From Lepidodermella squamata (lineage: Eukaryota > Animalia > Gastrotricha), in contig JBLDXI010000031.1 in assembly GCA_047495785.1 (NCBI GenBank), forward strand, positions 1,426,001 to 1,490,000: a DNA stretch of 64,000 nt, read 5' to 3'. The position numbers and the translations under genes are program-made. This document shows positions 59,997-64,000 of this stretch, in pieces; position 1 is the stretch's first letter; every line of letters begins with the position of its first letter. Below the pieces are notes generated by a model. The model was not told where the DNA came from and searched no databases. It saw only the letters and a list, made by a program, of their open reading frames with translations.

Positions 59997-62900
59997 ATGC
60001 CACGAGCCAGTCTTCAAGCGACGAGAAATGCTAAATCGCTATCATCAACGCCTGTCCATCTGCCTTTGATTAAATCAGTATCACTAAATGGTTCCAAAAC
60101 CAATTTATCGATTGAAGCCGTCGAAATGCCGATTAAAAGCGAGAAGGAACCACAAAAGCAACCTCAAACCGGCCTAAATCGAGTAACAGTGACCGGGAAA
60201 GGTGTGCCTCAACTACCTCAGATTCAAAACGAGCCTGTACTGACCGGAGTTTCGATAACCATTAATGGCCAGCCAAATGTACCTCAGCAGCCTCCTGTTC
60301 AGAAGAACCCGAATGACATCTACCTCTCAGCCCGGCAACGGTCGTTCATTTCGCGGCAAAACGTTCGTGATGGGACCTACGCACCGCCCCAAACAGCTGC
60401 CTCAGCCGAGATGAGCTTCATGCGGCAAGATAGGCGGCTACTTCTGTACGGTGAAGTCCCACATATCTGGCAAAACCACTACGAGCCAAGGCCTGTTGAA
60501 GAGGCGAAATTGAAAGAAGCTTTGATCGAACTCAGCTCCGCGCCTTTTGAGTTCACGCGAGCTGCTATGGTTGTCGGAGAGCCTGGCTGTGGGAAATCGA
60601 CCTTGGTCGGTCAGTTGCTGCAACAAGACGAGTCGTTCTTCGTCCAAACTTGCAAAATCGATGTAGTCCTATGGCTGAACGCTACGACCTTGACTCGTAA
60701 AACTCTTTCATTCGAGACAGAGCCGCTCTGCCGTGAGCTATGCTCAGCTCTAAGGGTGAAACTAGACCAAGCTGATGAATATGCAAGATCGAGGTCATTG
60801 TATGACAATCTATTCGAAGCGCTAAAGAATGCAAGGCGGAGTTTCAACTCGATCTTGCTGATTCTAGACGAGGCTAATCTAAATGATGAGCAGGTCGCAA
60901 TTGCGCTGAGATTAACGACTGAAACTCCGCTGAAAGTTCTAGTCCTATCAAGGCATTTGACTGCAGTTCCAGCGTATCTTCGGTCGAAGGTCGTGCAGTT
61001 GGATCGTATGGATAAAGCCCAGTTGGCGAGTATCATTCGATCGAGATTTCATCAGTCAAACTTGAAGGTGCTATTCCCGACAGAAATTGTTAGTTTAAAT
61101 CTTATTCATTTTCCCTCTGATTCTTTCCGCCGATTTCGGCAAACTTCAGAAATTCCCCAAAATAACCCGCTGTTTCGCATCAGTTTCACATGACTTTCAA
61201 TTTTGACAATTGCCATCAGAAAACCAGGCCAGATGATTCATAGGGAAAGGGTGCAGTTTTTCGAGGTGTGAAGCGCCACACCGGGCACTTGAATGTCGCG
61301 TTGTAATTAATTTCCGTCTGTCTATAGGTTGAGTATTTCGCTAACAAGTGGGCACTCGGCCAGCCGCTGTACGCAAATCTAATAGCCGGCGAGTGCACCA
61401 GTTTGCGGGCAGTTACGGAACTGCACACGGCCTTGAAAGCTATCCAGACAACCCAGAGTGACACTCAAGATGAGCTGGGGCTGAAACTGTCTAGCTGCAT
61501 CCTCGAACGCATGAATGTCGACCTGCGACGCAAACTGTTCGCCTTCACTCTGTTCGACCTCGGAACAGCCGTTCACCTTGAGGATGTTGCGATTCTCTGG
61601 AATTGTTCATCAGTTGTCGAAGCTTCGGATTTGTGCCGGAATCTTCTCGCAAGGGGCTTGATAAACGCGACAATCGTCAACCTAATCAACCCCCAGGCTG
61701 AGTACGAAGATGACGTCATGGCCTTCACGCTTCACCCATGGCTTCATTGGGCGATAATTGATTACGTACTCAAAAAGTTACAATACAATAGCATGTCCCA
61801 GTTATTTCAGCAGTTAGTTGCGGCTGAGGTCAACCGGCACCCGAAGGCGATCACCCTGCGCAACCCTACTGTCACAAATTTAGCAGTTCGAAATCGCAGG
61901 CGGAATCTTGTCGATGCAATCATTCGGAAAATCGTGAATCTTGAATTGCTTCAGGTCCCGATCGATGAACTCATCGAAAAGAATTGGTTGGTTAACGCTG
62001 GTACATGGGACCAGGTGGATCTCGGCTTGTGCTTTCTATGCCAGTTTGCTGAAAGGCTTGTTTTGAAACTACCAGCTCTTCCTGCTCAATTAGTCACGAA
62101 AACTCGAGGCAGTTTTGAATGTCTACTCGCAGCGGCTTGCGAGTTCAACTGTGAGAACTTGGTTGGTCTCCTCTTAGAACGAGGCACTGATCCTAATTGT
62201 TCCTTCACGAGTTCAGGCGAGAACGTGTTGATAGCTGCTTCGAGGCGAGGTCAAAGGTCTTTGATTAAAATGTTGATGAAACGCGGCGCTTCGCCGAATT
62301 TCGCAACGAGTGGCGCCATGCAAACTGCGCTGCACTTGGCGTCTCGGTATGGGCATGAGGAAGTGGTCAGGACGCTGTATCAGAATGGAGCGACGGTCGA
62401 TGTGAAGAACAAGTGGCTCGAGACGCCGTTGATGCTGGCATGTGAGAACGGACATCGCAATGTTGTCAGCCTACTGCTAAAGAAAGGTAAAGCCTAATTC
62501 CGAACGAATTGTACCTCTTTAGCAAGAGACCCCGTTTCCCTGAAAATTAGAGATCTTGAAGGAATCTTCCTGTAAGGAGGCTTATCCATTTCCAAGAAGT
62601 TTCCAAGGAAAAATTTTAGAATTCTGCTTTAACAGGTGCTTCAGCAGCTAATTCAAACGTCAACCTATGGAACGATTGCGCTCTCACTTTAGCGATCAAA
62701 AACGACCACGACCAAGTTGTCAAGCTCCTGTTAGAAAAGGTTGGCGTCGAAATCGGAAAATCAATCTTACCTTCTTCTAACAAAACCCCTCTCATTGTCG
62801 CAATCGAACGCCGGAATGAGCCTATGGCTAGGTTGTTAGTTGAAACCACCTCTCCACCCTTCTCCGGCGAAAGGTATTGCATGAACACGCTCGTCCTTAC

Positions 62901-63462
62901 CTCCAAGAACGATATTGACCAACTATCGAAGCTGCTAACTTTCAACGGCGATAAAATTGAATCTGATGATATTCACGTCGATTATGCTGTTCGTCTCGCG
63001 GCAACTGACGGCAATTTCTCAGCTTTCAAGCTATTTCTAGAGGCTGAAAAGGTTATGGCCTCCAAAATCTCGCCGTTAGTACCTATCATTGCTCAGCAAA
63101 TTTCGTTTTCGAGGAAATTAACCGCGGGGCATCGAGCTGTTTTAAGACTTTTATTCCGCAGAGGGGCCGATGCGGATAATGTATCCGAGGAGGACGAGGC
63201 AGGAAGCTCGGCTCTGATGGTGGCAGCAGGATATGGCGATGAAGAGGCTGTTCGGTTGCTTCTCCAAAATGGTGCGAGTGTCAATTTCCGGAATCGAAGG
63301 GGCGAAACAGCGTTGATGGCTGTTGTTCGTAGGCATAACCAGTTGCCTAATGTTGAAATTGTTGTTGATCTGTTGTTGGAACATGGCGCTGATGCGAGGA
63401 TCACGAATGACAACGGGGAATCTGCACTTGCCATCGCTAACAGAACTGTTGTTGGGCAATGA
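59997..63462 (+). CDS. STAND-class NB-ARC-like NTPase with C-terminal ankyrin repeats (~1018 aa); exons 59997-61067, 61328-62486, 62636-63462
   Basis: Walker A GEPGCGKST, Walker B LLILDE, sensor VLVLSR, GQPL (GxP), winged-helix AILW...LLARGLI, LHPW (MHD-equivalent), then multiple ankyrin repeats (TALHLA, TPLMLA, SALMVA, TALMAV). Confidence 0.87.
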
Positions 63463-64000
63463 ATCCATAATTGTCTAATTTGCGTGAATAAATTTGATAA
63501 TGGCGAGACTTTTCATTGAAGATTACAGGTATTCGAGTGTGTGAATCAATGAAGCCAGGAGTCGAAATAGTTGAATGCTGATGGGAGAGATTTTCAATAT
63601 ATATCTTGCAATATTTTCAGCAGCAGTTTTGAGCATCTTTTTATAACATGTTGTAGCTGAAGAACAGTTCTGCGTAATTATTCAAGACAACACTTTTTGC
63701 CTCAATTTTAAAATGCGTAACGCTTGGTGGCGATGACTCAGTGTCGTCTGCTTGAACAGCAGCATGCAAAAAATGGGAAAAAAGCAAATCTATTTAAAAA
63801 ATAAATAGATTTTGAAAATCGTGATCGCCTCAAAATGTTGAATTATTTGGTTCTTAAAATCCTCCAATTTCAAGTTCACGTGCCGAACCAGTCGAACATC
63901 AAACAATCTTACACAATACAGTTGCAAGCTTATTGATGGAGTAATAATCTTGTTTCTTGAAGCTTCGAGAGGTTCCCAGTTTCGGTGTGGCTGTGGTCCC

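Noticed and set aside
40732-63468. Antisense ORFs overlapping real genes (e.g. 40732-41205, 60611-61036, 63093-63434)
   Set aside because: Shadow frames of coding sequence with no independent motifs.

Overview
This is eukaryotic, animal-type genomic DNA, not prokaryotic. Genes are split by GT-AG introns, many only ~45-60 nt long. The species cannot be determined from the sequence; it is probably a compact-gened invertebrate. In order, the window contains: the 3' part of a multi-PLAT (LOXHD1-like) gene; a cluster of five alpha-arrestin genes (a recent tandem pair on + and three diverged copies on -) with a 2-exon orphan gene among them; an AT-rich, repeat-laden stretch (~12-34.7 kb) holding a decayed MULE transposase and several MITE-like elements; five core-1 beta-1,3-galactosyltransferase (C1GALT1-like) paralogues, four of them only 59-183 nt apart; a small secreted Cys-rich precursor; three divergent Cys-loop ligand-gated ion channel subunits; a SABATH-family (Methyltransf_7) methyltransferase whose intron carries a TIR element; a sixth alpha-arrestin; an intronless secreted LamG-like protein; and an NB-ARC plus ankyrin STAND protein. 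The most notable observations are: (i) a TA-flanked Tc2-like element carrying two mirror-image Pol III-type (A-box/B-box/T8) non-tRNA small-RNA units; (ii) an operon-like glycosyltransferase array with a poly(A) signal and an unpaired splice acceptor between genes; (iii) an NLR-like NB-ARC-ankyrin gene; (iv) orphan Cys-loop channels with a hybrid PDR selectivity filter and no acetylcholine site; (v) an intron-containing SABATH methyltransferase in an animal context. All exon coordinates were read by eye and need confirmation with RNA-seq.
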